DNA from: a virus
Lineage: Duplodnaviria; Caudoviricetes
Reading direction: 5' to 3' (one strand)
IMG/VR virus record: IMGVR_UViG_3300044724_001160
Span: 1 to 24,095 of that record
DNA length: 24,095 nucleotides
Shown: one piece after another, positions 16,411 to 24,095 of the stretch
Numbering within the stretch: position 1 is the stretch's first letter
Layout: the number at the start of each line of letters is the position of its first letter
The notes under the pieces: model-generated
What the model was told of the DNA's origin: nothing
Database searches by the model: none
The model's input: the letters and a program-made list of their open reading frames with translations, nothing else
Position numbers and translations under genes: made by a program

Positions 16411-19008
16411 TTATAGGTTGTTTTTGTATTCACCTGATGTGAAAACAGTCCAATCATTAAAGTTTTTAGCTTGATCATAAAGATATTTTGCTGCTCTCAT
16501 ATTTAGAACTGGATCCAATAAATCTTCTCGTTTAGTAATTCCAAGTTTTTGAAGCCATCCTCTGTCTTTGTGGTAACCCCAATTAATTTGCATTAGACCG
16601 ACACTATCTTCACCAGTTTGAGCATATAAACCAGAACGTCTTGTACTGTTACTAGTATCCCAGGCGCTTTCACCTTTAGCAATAGCTTGAACAAATACAG
16701 CTTCTTCTGGTGTAAATCCTTCAGAAATTGCTAATTGTGTTACTTCATTTCTAGTCAAAACAGCCCCACCGCTGGGGCTAAAACTACTACGAAGACTTTG
16801 ACTAACAGTTCCTCTAACCACTGCTTCTACATGTTTAAACTGAAAAAGATTTCCAGATGTTACTTTTTGATATAACGGAGCAGGTAATGATAGCATCCAG
16901 TTTTGTTCTGGAGTTGCAGGCAATAACTGAAAATTTTTACCTGTAACTTTATTAATAGCATCTTGTTGTCTTTGAAAAAACTCAGACATTTTTAATGGAT
17001 TATTTTGATACCTAGGATTAGCATTTAATTTTTCTAATGCTCTAACCATCAAAGGTGGGTATGTAGGAATTTTTCCTAATGCAACATCTTCACGTGCCTT
17101 TGCCATTTGATCAGTATTACCTAATGCATATGGTATATCAGCAATCGCATCACCTATTGTAATTAACAAATTATCATTATAAGTTAATCGATCAGTATCA
17201 ATACCATTTATATTTGGATAAAAATAATTATTTTGTGCATCCGTGGCTCGTGCAAAAGGATTAGTTGAAGGAGCCCCCTTTGGATTATTTACAGGATCAT
17301 AGATACCTAGTTCTCCTTGTTCTACTAACTCATTTACTTTTATTACAGCCTCGTCATAAGATGCACCCTCATTTTTCTTTCTATATTTTATAATTTCTCT
17401 AATATATGCATTATAAAATAATCTTGTTCTACTATTAGCATCGCCACCCTCCGTAACATTTGTACGATCTTTTGCATCTTTTAATATTGCTGCCTTTGTT
17501 GCCTTGTGATCGTTTCCAAAGTATTTTTTTTCTTGTTCCTCAAATTTTGCGAAAGCTTCTGCTCTTACTTCAGGGTTTTCGTATGAACTAGCTTTTTGTG
17601 CAGTAAGAGTTAAATCAACAATAGCTCTATTTAAATCTTCTTGTTCAGCTTCTTTTGAATTTTTTCTAACAGAAGCAATAGCATGTTTTACTTGAGGATG
17701 ATATTCTGATTCAAGAACACCATTTTTAGCAGCGGTTTCATTATAAGCTTGAATAGCAGGTTCTTTACCTAATGTAAGGGCTCTAGTAAGACTAGGTAAT
17801 TTAGATGCTGATTCAGCAAGAAAAGTATCTTTTCTAAATTTCTGCTCAGCTTCAAATTTAGCTAGTGCAGATCTCCTACCTTTGGCGGCCGAAATTTCAA
17901 ATTGAGCTGGGAATCTTTCTTTCCAAGTTTTACCATTGTCAGTAACAACACTTCCAAATTTCTCTTGTAGAGCTTCATCATCAGTAGAAGAGATTGCAGT
18001 TTTCCAAGCTGTATTTGCTGTGCTATAATTAGAAGAATTAATTAGACCTACATAAGCTATATCTAAATGTTGTCCTGCAGAAATCAGCTCCTTAGCTTTT
18101 TCTCCTAAAACTTGTTTATCATAAGCTACCTTTCTTGCAGAAGCTTGGCTTAATCTAACTTTATTTTGTTCTTCAATATCACCCCTAGCTGGAGAAAAAA
18201 ATAGAGCTTCAGTAATACCATGCTTATTACGCATCAAAGTATCAGCTTCTGATCTTGTGCTACTTTGAACAATTTTAAGCATGTCAGGTGAGTTATATGC
18301 ATCAGCACCTGAAAATTGTTTACCGTTAGGTAGTTGATATTTCTGTTCAGAATTTTCTAAATTTTTATTTAATAACGTACCATATACTGAACTATAAAGT
18401 CTATTAAGTAAAACACGTTGTCCTACTAAACCTAAGCCTCTTTCAGAAGCAAGTGCTTCAAATGTTTTATGCAAAGGTTCACCAGATTGTGCAGCCTCTT
18501 GTTGAATTACTGATGCAGCTTTAATACCAGCTCTTTCAACTTTATTAAATGCATCGTCGTAATATAATTCTTCAAAAGGATTAAGATCCTGAGCCATTGC
18601 TAGCGCAGTCTGATCTTCTAATTGCTTAGCTGTACGACGTGCTGCTGTTTTAGCTGCAGTTCCACTAAAATCAACAATACTACTTATAATAGTTTCAGTA
18701 GCTTGTTGATCATACTGAGCTTGTTGACGATCTCTTGCTGAAATTTGATTAAGAGATGTCTGTTCACGTTGTAAATTATCTATCTCAATCTGTCTGTTTT
18801 GTGCAAATTTTCGTTCTGTGTATTCAGTGTTTTCCCTCATTGCTTGTAGGTTAGTCTCACGCTGTTGCATTTCAGCAGCATGTTTCCTTTCTAAAGCATT
18901 CAATAATTTAGTGTCACGCTTCTCCATTTCAGACAAGCTAGCTTTTGATAATTGAATTGGGGCAAAACCTTTTTGTTGTGTAGCTGATCTGAATTGAAGA
19001 CGTGCCAT
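16411..19008 (-). CDS. Internal virion protein, gp15-like, 865 aa, with C-terminal SLT lytic transglycosylase domain
   Basis: N-terminal 'Q..GFAP.Q' and a long helical body. C-terminal SLT motifs: 'AIAKGES' (catalytic Glu), 'SVGLMQIN', 'LLDPVLNMRAAKYLY' and 'W'. Confidence 0.8.
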   Translation of the reverse strand: MARLQFRSATQQKGFAPIQLSKASLSEMEKRDTKLLNALERKHAAEMQQRETNLQAMRENTEYTERKFAQNRQIEIDNLQREQTSLNQISARDRQQAQYDQQATETIISSIVDFSGTAAKTAARRTAKQLEDQTALAMAQDLNPFEELYYDDAFNKVERAGIKAASVIQQEAAQSGEPLHKTFEALASERGLGLVGQRVLLNRLYSSVYGTLLNKNLENSEQKYQLPNGKQFSGADAYNSPDMLKIVQSSTRSEADTLMRNKHGITEALFFSPARGDIEEQNKVRLSQASARKVAYDKQVLGEKAKELISAGQHLDIAYVGLINSSNYSTANTAWKTAISSTDDEALQEKFGSVVTDNGKTWKERFPAQFEISAAKGRRSALAKFEAEQKFRKDTFLAESASKLPSLTRALTLGKEPAIQAYNETAAKNGVLESEYHPQVKHAIASVRKNSKEAEQEDLNRAIVDLTLTAQKASSYENPEVRAEAFAKFEEQEKKYFGNDHKATKAAILKDAKDRTNVTEGGDANSRTRLFYNAYIREIIKYRKKNEGASYDEAVIKVNELVEQGELGIYDPVNNPKGAPSTNPFARATDAQNNYFYPNINGIDTDRLTYNDNLLITIGDAIADIPYALGNTDQMAKAREDVALGKIPTYPPLMVRALEKLNANPRYQNNPLKMSEFFQRQQDAINKVTGKNFQLLPATPEQNWMLSLPAPLYQKVTSGNLFQFKHVEAVVRGTVSQSLRSSFSPSGGAVLTRNEVTQLAISEGFTPEEAVFVQAIAKGESAWDTSNSTRRSGLYAQTGEDSVGLMQINWGYHKDRGWLQKLGITKREDLLDPVLNMRAAKYLYDQAKNFNDWTVFTSGEYKNNL

Positions 19009-19028
19009 AAGTTAAATGTTTATAATAA

Positions 19029-20339
19029 TTAAGCAATGGATCCAACACCACCTGGTATTGTGATTGGAGGTGTGGGAATAGAAGGAGTAGAAAGAGTAGG
19101 AGGAGGAGTAAGACTTTTTCCACCATAGTCCACTCTTGAAAGAGCACTTGCTGCATTACCAATACCACTAATAATTGGAGCCCATGTACTTTGTTGAGCT
19201 GGCGCTGGTGTAAAGCCAGGAATTGCTTTCATAGATTCAACAAACTCTCTTTCTGGTGGTTTTTCAGGTTTAGGATCATAACCTGCAAATTCAGGTTCAA
19301 GCATCATAGATGCCTTGGTGTTTATATCAGCATACTTTTTCTGTTGAATAAGTTGATCAATGTTACGTCCAGTTTGATCAATAAAACTCTTCATATTAGC
19401 AGACATAATTTTACCGTTATACTCAGCTTCACCCTCAGCACTTTTAATAGCACTGTTAATCTTTTCTAAATTAAGACCAACACCTGTCTCAGCTAGGCTT
19501 GTTTCAGCACTTAACTGTGCTAACTCAATACCTGCTTGTACTCGTTTACCAGTTAGTTCTCTTTCGATTCCAACAATACCACGTTGTAAAGCAGCAGCTG
19601 TTGATTGCTTACGTTTAATCCTTGTACCACCAGCTTGTCCTAAAGAAGCTTTACCTTCTGCTAACAAACCTTCTACTAAGGTTGCTTGTTTTTGAAGAGA
19701 ACCAGCAGTCATTAAAGAATTTACTTGATTTGCAATAGATGCTGTTCCTAAATTTTGTTTACTTTTAATACCAAGTAATTTAGCATGTTCCTCCCTTATA
19801 TTAAAACCTTGCTCAGTGTATACATCTTGTAGAGCACCTAACGAACTTTCACCTTGAAACTGATTTTGAAGAAACATATCTTCAACTGAAGCTATCTGAC
19901 TTTCAAAAGCTTGTTCAGCTGCCTCTTGATTTAAACCAAATTGAGCAGCAGCAATTTCATTACTTTTTGCAAATCTTCTTAGGTCTTGTGCGTGTGCAAA
20001 ATCTTGAAGTTGCTTACCACGTTCCCAATTTTTAATTGAGGTATCGTAGCTATAATCACGCATTGCATGATAATTAGCTTGTTCAGCTGCATCACGCTTT
20101 TCATTAAATTCGTTAGTCTTTCTAGCTACTTTTTTGTTAAATTTTTTTTGTTCTCTGTATTGTTTTCTAGCAGCTGCATTTTGTTTAGATGCTGAGCTAG
20201 AACCCATGATGCCGCCAAAAATAGAACTAACTGCACTAATACCTGCAAAGGTTGCTGTAACTGGATCTATTACACTCATCTCTAAACCAGAGACGGCTAG
20301 CTGTTCATCTAGAAAATGACTACCTTTTGGATTAAACAT
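19029..20339 (-). CDS. Internal virion (ejection) protein, gp14-like, 436 aa
   Basis: Follows tubular B. Gly/Ala hydrophobic segments near both ends (DPVTATFAGISAVSSIFGGIMG; WAPIISGIGNAASAL) flank a Q/A/E-rich helical core, the gp14 layout. Assignment rests on synteny and composition. Confidence 0.7.
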   Translation of the reverse strand: MFNPKGSHFLDEQLAVSGLEMSVIDPVTATFAGISAVSSIFGGIMGSSSASKQNAAARKQYREQKKFNKKVARKTNEFNEKRDAAEQANYHAMRDYSYDTSIKNWERGKQLQDFAHAQDLRRFAKSNEIAAAQFGLNQEAAEQAFESQIASVEDMFLQNQFQGESSLGALQDVYTEQGFNIREEHAKLLGIKSKQNLGTASIANQVNSLMTAGSLQKQATLVEGLLAEGKASLGQAGGTRIKRKQSTAAALQRGIVGIERELTGKRVQAGIELAQLSAETSLAETGVGLNLEKINSAIKSAEGEAEYNGKIMSANMKSFIDQTGRNIDQLIQQKKYADINTKASMMLEPEFAGYDPKPEKPPEREFVESMKAIPGFTPAPAQQSTWAPIISGIGNAASALSRVDYGGKSLTPPPTLSTPSIPTPPITIPGGVGSIA

Positions 20340-20341
20340 AT

Positions 20342-22879
20342 TTAAACCCTCTTATAGAAACGTGGTGAATAGTTGCCTTCCCACGTCATTGATACTAACG
20401 ACACAGGGTATGGAAAATTACTTGTCACTTTTAATTCAAAATTAGTATTACGTTGATGGATTGGTATAGTGAAAAGATGTTCGGATGTAATAGGACTGCT
20501 ATCTGCTTTATAAGTATTAGCATCAGTTACATACTCTATGTCTTTCCACTCATCAGATCCATCTGCTTTTACTTTAAATAGCACTGGACCTGTTCTACCT
20601 ACAGAGAATGTTACTCTAGAGATAGTCAATGTAGCTGTATAATCAGAGGTATTAGGATCTTTCTTATAGTATAACCTAGGTAAGGTTGTCTCAAAGTCAT
20701 AGTTATAACCTACAACAATACCATCAGCATAACTAGAGTAGTCACCTTTAACTTCAAAGTAGTGGTAACCTGTACCAATCTCTGTACGTTCTGTTGCCTC
20801 TAGATAGAAACCAGCATCAGCATCCACTGCTGCAGTTGTACCTACATCTGCTGTTGGAACAGTCAAAAGCATCACACCTTTAGTGTTTCTGAATGGTGTG
20901 TAAGGTACATAGATTTTAGTTACATCATTCGTTGAGTCATACACCACCGCATTGACACCTACAGCAGGCTGTACGGGCCTTGTAGCCATGTCTAGGCATG
21001 TATTACCAGTAATGGTAGTAGCGCCTGCTACAGAGCTTCCTGTGGGGATCTCATCTAGAACAATCTTGCCTAGTGTATATTCATCCTCTTGTTGTGATAT
21101 GATGAATACAGAATCATTAATGATGTCTGCTGTTTGAATAGTACCAGGTAGTTGCCACTTTGTCCATGCTTGGAATAGATCTTTCTCACCATTATTAAAG
21201 TATCTAAAAAGATACAAGTAAGATGTAGAGTTATCTACTAGCATAATAACAGAGTTTTGTGGACTAACTGTTAAGCTATTAATACCTTCTGGAATCCATT
21301 CAAGTACAACCTTACTGATGTCTATTACAAGTGGACCTTGATCCACATCACGTAGTTGCAAAGTAAATAGTTTACTATACCCAGGTACCTTAGTAATAAA
21401 TGCTGCTGTAGTACCAACATCAACAGGTGCTATATCAGGATCCACCTCATAGTTTGAGAGGTCTTTAATAACTGATGTAGTAGGTGTTAAGATATTAGAG
21501 TCAGAAGCATATACTTGGAACTGTTGACGTGCACTAAATAGTAGTAAACCTTGTGGAGAAGGTAGAACATCGGACAGTGTAACAGGTCTAACACTAGCTA
21601 CATTTAAATCAATTGGATCACTTGCTACTTGTGCTGTAGCAGACTTAACAAAGAAGTTAAATGAATCATTTGCTGAACCAAAGAATACATTATCTTCAGA
21701 CAACACACCAAATCTATTACTATAGAAGAAAGTAGATTGGATAGGAAAACCAATAAAAGATGGGATAGGACTTGTTACATCATCACCAGTCTGCCTAGCT
21801 GTATAAGTAAGAGGACCAAATGTAAATGCAGTAGGACCAGTATTTGCTAACTGGTGTGGCATAGTAGATGCATTTAAACCAGGTGAGGCATTACGTGCTA
21901 CAGTTTCCTGCCAGTAACCCCTACCTTTTACACCATCAGCAGCTACAAATTTAACGTAGTAATCATCTTCAGCAGATGAACTATTTAAAATTTGTACATT
22001 GTGATCATGAAAGGATTCAACAGGAAGCTTAGATATGTCTGTAACTGAATCTTCAAATGCTTCAAGTGCTGAGTTAGTAGGACCACCTTTAGCATCAATT
22101 GTAAATGCTACTGGTGTACCAGATGGTGCACTGTAATCAGTTACAACTTGGTTACTACCATTAGTACGTTTAATAACAAGACTAGTAGTATAACCTTCTA
22201 GGTACCAAGAACCTGCAAAGTCTGCATTACCTGCTGTGTGCTGTGCTTCAATACCAGCTTTAATTGCATCAACAAGATGATGTGAAGCATTAACATTACC
22301 AGAATCAAACAACAACATGTTATCATATGTTGTAGCATTCTGAGCCACGGCTGAAAATGTTACACCTTGAATAATTGTTGAATAGACATAGGTAGAAATA
22401 AGTGACGTTAGGTTTAACGTAGCTACTGAACCTGAGACAAACGTACCAGCAGGTTGCATAGCAGTTGTTACTGTTTTGTTTGTAATAACTGTAACGTCCT
22501 GTACACTACGAAAGTGATAGTCTTTCTGTGTAGTACCTGTTAGATATGATGTAGCATTGTTAGTTACAGTACAAAAGGTACCATCAGTTGTAGTCCATAC
22601 ATAAATGTTAGAACCTTTGATAGCACCAATATAAGAACCAGCTGAATCACGTTCAATAAAGAACCAAATAGCACCATCTAATTCAGCCTTAGTAAATGCA
22701 GTACCATCGGCTTTCTTTAATACATTTGTATGTTGCATCCCTGGTCTCTTCAATAGACCAAAGGTAGGATCAGGGTAACCGTTAATGCATTCAGTTACTT
22801 GTCCTAATAATTTTTTGTCATCATTTTGGCGAGACACACCACCAAGAAAATTTGGTACTAGTTGTGTTACTGCTGGCAT
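20342..22879 (-). CDS. Tail tubular protein B (T7 gp12-like nozzle), 845 aa
   Basis: N-terminal 'MPAVTQLVPNFLGGVSRQ.D...GLLKRPG', internal 'R.GDD.TSP.PSF', 'Q.AW.KW' and C-terminal 'WEGNYSPRFYKR' are gp12 hallmarks. TAATG overlap with tubular A. Confidence 0.93.
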   Translation of the reverse strand: MPAVTQLVPNFLGGVSRQNDDKKLLGQVTECINGYPDPTFGLLKRPGMQHTNVLKKADGTAFTKAELDGAIWFFIERDSAGSYIGAIKGSNIYVWTTTDGTFCTVTNNATSYLTGTTQKDYHFRSVQDVTVITNKTVTTAMQPAGTFVSGSVATLNLTSLISTYVYSTIIQGVTFSAVAQNATTYDNMLLFDSGNVNASHHLVDAIKAGIEAQHTAGNADFAGSWYLEGYTTSLVIKRTNGSNQVVTDYSAPSGTPVAFTIDAKGGPTNSALEAFEDSVTDISKLPVESFHDHNVQILNSSSAEDDYYVKFVAADGVKGRGYWQETVARNASPGLNASTMPHQLANTGPTAFTFGPLTYTARQTGDDVTSPIPSFIGFPIQSTFFYSNRFGVLSEDNVFFGSANDSFNFFVKSATAQVASDPIDLNVASVRPVTLSDVLPSPQGLLLFSARQQFQVYASDSNILTPTTSVIKDLSNYEVDPDIAPVDVGTTAAFITKVPGYSKLFTLQLRDVDQGPLVIDISKVVLEWIPEGINSLTVSPQNSVIMLVDNSTSYLYLFRYFNNGEKDLFQAWTKWQLPGTIQTADIINDSVFIISQQEDEYTLGKIVLDEIPTGSSVAGATTITGNTCLDMATRPVQPAVGVNAVVYDSTNDVTKIYVPYTPFRNTKGVMLLTVPTADVGTTAAVDADAGFYLEATERTEIGTGYHYFEVKGDYSSYADGIVVGYNYDFETTLPRLYYKKDPNTSDYTATLTISRVTFSVGRTGPVLFKVKADGSDEWKDIEYVTDANTYKADSSPITSEHLFTIPIHQRNTNFELKVTSNFPYPVSLVSMTWEGNYSPRFYKRV

Positions 22880-23763
22880 TAGCGGATCAAAGTATGGAAC
22901 GGCTGGTAGCTTTGATAGAAGTTCTTACCTTTAGGACTACCAAAGAATGTATAGTCTCCTTGGTTACACTCATATTCTAAAGCTGTAGAACGTGCAAGAG
23001 CTTCCTTCTGTTGTAGCATTTGGAACTGATTAGGATCACCAATAATTCTACTAGATACAATCGAAGCAGATTTAGCAATAATAAATGATTGGATAGGAGT
23101 AGGAATACTTGGCCAATCAAAGTACCAAATAACATCAACGTATAGTTTTTCGTCTGTCCAGGTAAATGAATGAGCAGTCTTATCGTAAAGTTTGCCTTCA
23201 CGATTAACGGCGTCTCTATCCATGTTCTGTGTATAGGTAGGATTCAAATCCATCTGAAGCATATTATTAGGAATAACTACTTCGTTATTTGAATCTGGTG
23301 TAATAGGATAATCGTATTCTTTATTGAAAGACCATCCTTCTGATTGTATTTCTCGTGACACTTCTCTTAGGGTGTTGAGTGCAATCGCAACGTCCGGGTT
23401 GGTTTGTGATTCAACTCTACTTTTAACAATTGATTGTGTCAAGATTTGACTACTAACAGTCTGGGAGATATTGATTGTATAGTTATATGTAACAGGGTCT
23501 GTAGGGGGAGTTACCTCTACACCTGCGACGGCAATAGATGTACCAACAGTTACATTGGGACCACCAATATAGGTACCGACTGGGATGTCAGCTGTTGTAG
23601 TAGTTAGAGTAGTACCGGAAATAGAACCAGTAAATTTAGAAACTTCATTTAGTACAAAAGTTTCATCGCTTGTTAGTGTTGTAACAGGAGCCTGACCAAC
23701 TGACGCCAGGATCTGATTAACAGCTTGTAGCTCAGTGTTGGAGCCAGTAGTAGGGAAGGCCAT
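22879..23763 (-). CDS. Tail tubular protein A (T7 gp11-like adaptor), 294 aa, with internal insertion
   Basis: Motifs 'TELQAVNQILASVGQAPVTTL', 'NPDVAIA...VSREIQSEGWSFN' and 'LEYECNQGDY' are typical of gp11. Start moved to ATG 23763 (MAFPT...) rather than the upstream TTG used by the track. Position directly after the capsid terminator. Confidence 0.9.
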   Translation of the reverse strand: MAFPTTGSNTELQAVNQILASVGQAPVTTLTSDETFVLNEVSKFTGSISGTTLTTTTADIPVGTYIGGPNVTVGTSIAVAGVEVTPPTDPVTYNYTINISQTVSSQILTQSIVKSRVESQTNPDVAIALNTLREVSREIQSEGWSFNKEYDYPITPDSNNEVVIPNNMLQMDLNPTYTQNMDRDAVNREGKLYDKTAHSFTWTDEKLYVDVIWYFDWPSIPTPIQSFIIAKSASIVSSRIIGDPNQFQMLQQKEALARSTALEYECNQGDYTFFGSPKGKNFYQSYQPFHTLIR

Positions 23764-23790
23764 AATGAGTATTATTCTCAATAAAGAATT

Positions 23791-23819
23791 AAAAAAAAGG
23801 AGTCCCCGAAGAGACTCCC
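23791..23819 (-). terminator. Intrinsic terminator after the capsid gene (T7 Tphi equivalent)
   Basis: Minus strand reads GGGAGTCTC-TTCG-GGGACTCC-TTTTTTTT: an 8-bp stem with one G-U pair, a C(UUCG)G tetraloop and an 8-U tract, 12 nt after the capsid stop. Confidence 0.92.
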
Positions 23820-23831
23820 GTATAGAAAAGA

Positions 23832-24095
23832 TCAGAATGCAGCAGGAGCAGCAGCACCAACATACAGTTCGACGGCTGCAGCAGGGTTCAGATAGTCTGC
23901 ACCACAGGCCAAGCGCCCGAGCATCACGTCTCCTTGGTAAACCACGGACACGTCTCCACTGGTGACTTGCACCTGTGGACCAATTGCTTCGACCATACCG
24001 GCTGCTTCCTTCTGGAAGATCAGACCGCAGGACTTAGCGCCGACTTCAGCAGCTGTACCATAATCATTGTTGATACCAGTTTCAGCAGTAGAAGC
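23832..24095 (-). CDS. Major capsid protein (T7 gp10-like), C-terminal 87 aa; gene runs off the window
   Basis: Not in the ORF track. Manual translation: ASTAETGINNDYGTAAEVGAKSCGLIFQKEAAGMVEAIGPQVQVTSGDVSVVYQGDVMLGRLACGADYLNPAAAVELYVGAAAPAAF*, TGA at 23832-23834. The 'GLIFQKEAAG...YQGD..LGRLA.GADYLNPAAAVEL' ending is the cyanopodophage capsid C-terminus. A terminator and tail tubular A follow, as in T7. Confidence 0.93.
   Translation of the reverse strand, partial: ASTAETGINNDYGTAAEVGAKSCGLIFQKEAAGMVEAIGPQVQVTSGDVSVVYQGDVMLGRLACGADYLNPAAAVELYVGAAAPAAF

Noticed and set aside
23782-23860. T7 10B-like frameshift extension of the capsid protein
   Set aside because: The stop is followed within 12 nt by a strong terminator and then tubular A, leaving no room for an extension domain.
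23735-23965. 76-aa plus-strand ORF with QQEQQHQH
   Set aside because: Antisense to the capsid end, the terminator and the tubular A start.

Overview
This is the late (virion, packaging, right-end) region of a T7-like podophage (Autographiviridae-type), most similar in gene content and motifs to marine Prochlorococcus/Synechococcus podoviruses. Family and host are inferred from motif recognition and gene order, not from a search. All credible genes are on the minus strand. In transcription order: major capsid C-terminus, a Tphi-like UUCG terminator, tail tubular proteins A and B, and three internal virion proteins (gp14/gp15/gp16-like; gp15 carries a C-terminal lytic transglycosylase). Next come a T7 gp17-type tail fibre, an Mtd-N-type fibre, a LamG/SPRY fibre and a fibre chaperone, then a tight cluster of small membrane or secreted proteins, one of them missing from the ORF track. 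The end of the region holds the small terminase, three tandem HNH-like ORFs, the large terminase, thyX, a small ORF and a repeat/hairpin-rich non-coding end. Main oddities: (1) a 1-nt frameshift in the gp16-like gene lying inside a perfect 16-bp palindrome; (2) an overlapping envelope-protein cluster at the holin position that may be a non-canonical lysis or outer-membrane module; (3) an ~88-aa insertion in tail tubular A; (4) a 10-bp inverted repeat bracketing terL; (5) modular cassette structure in the fibre genes.
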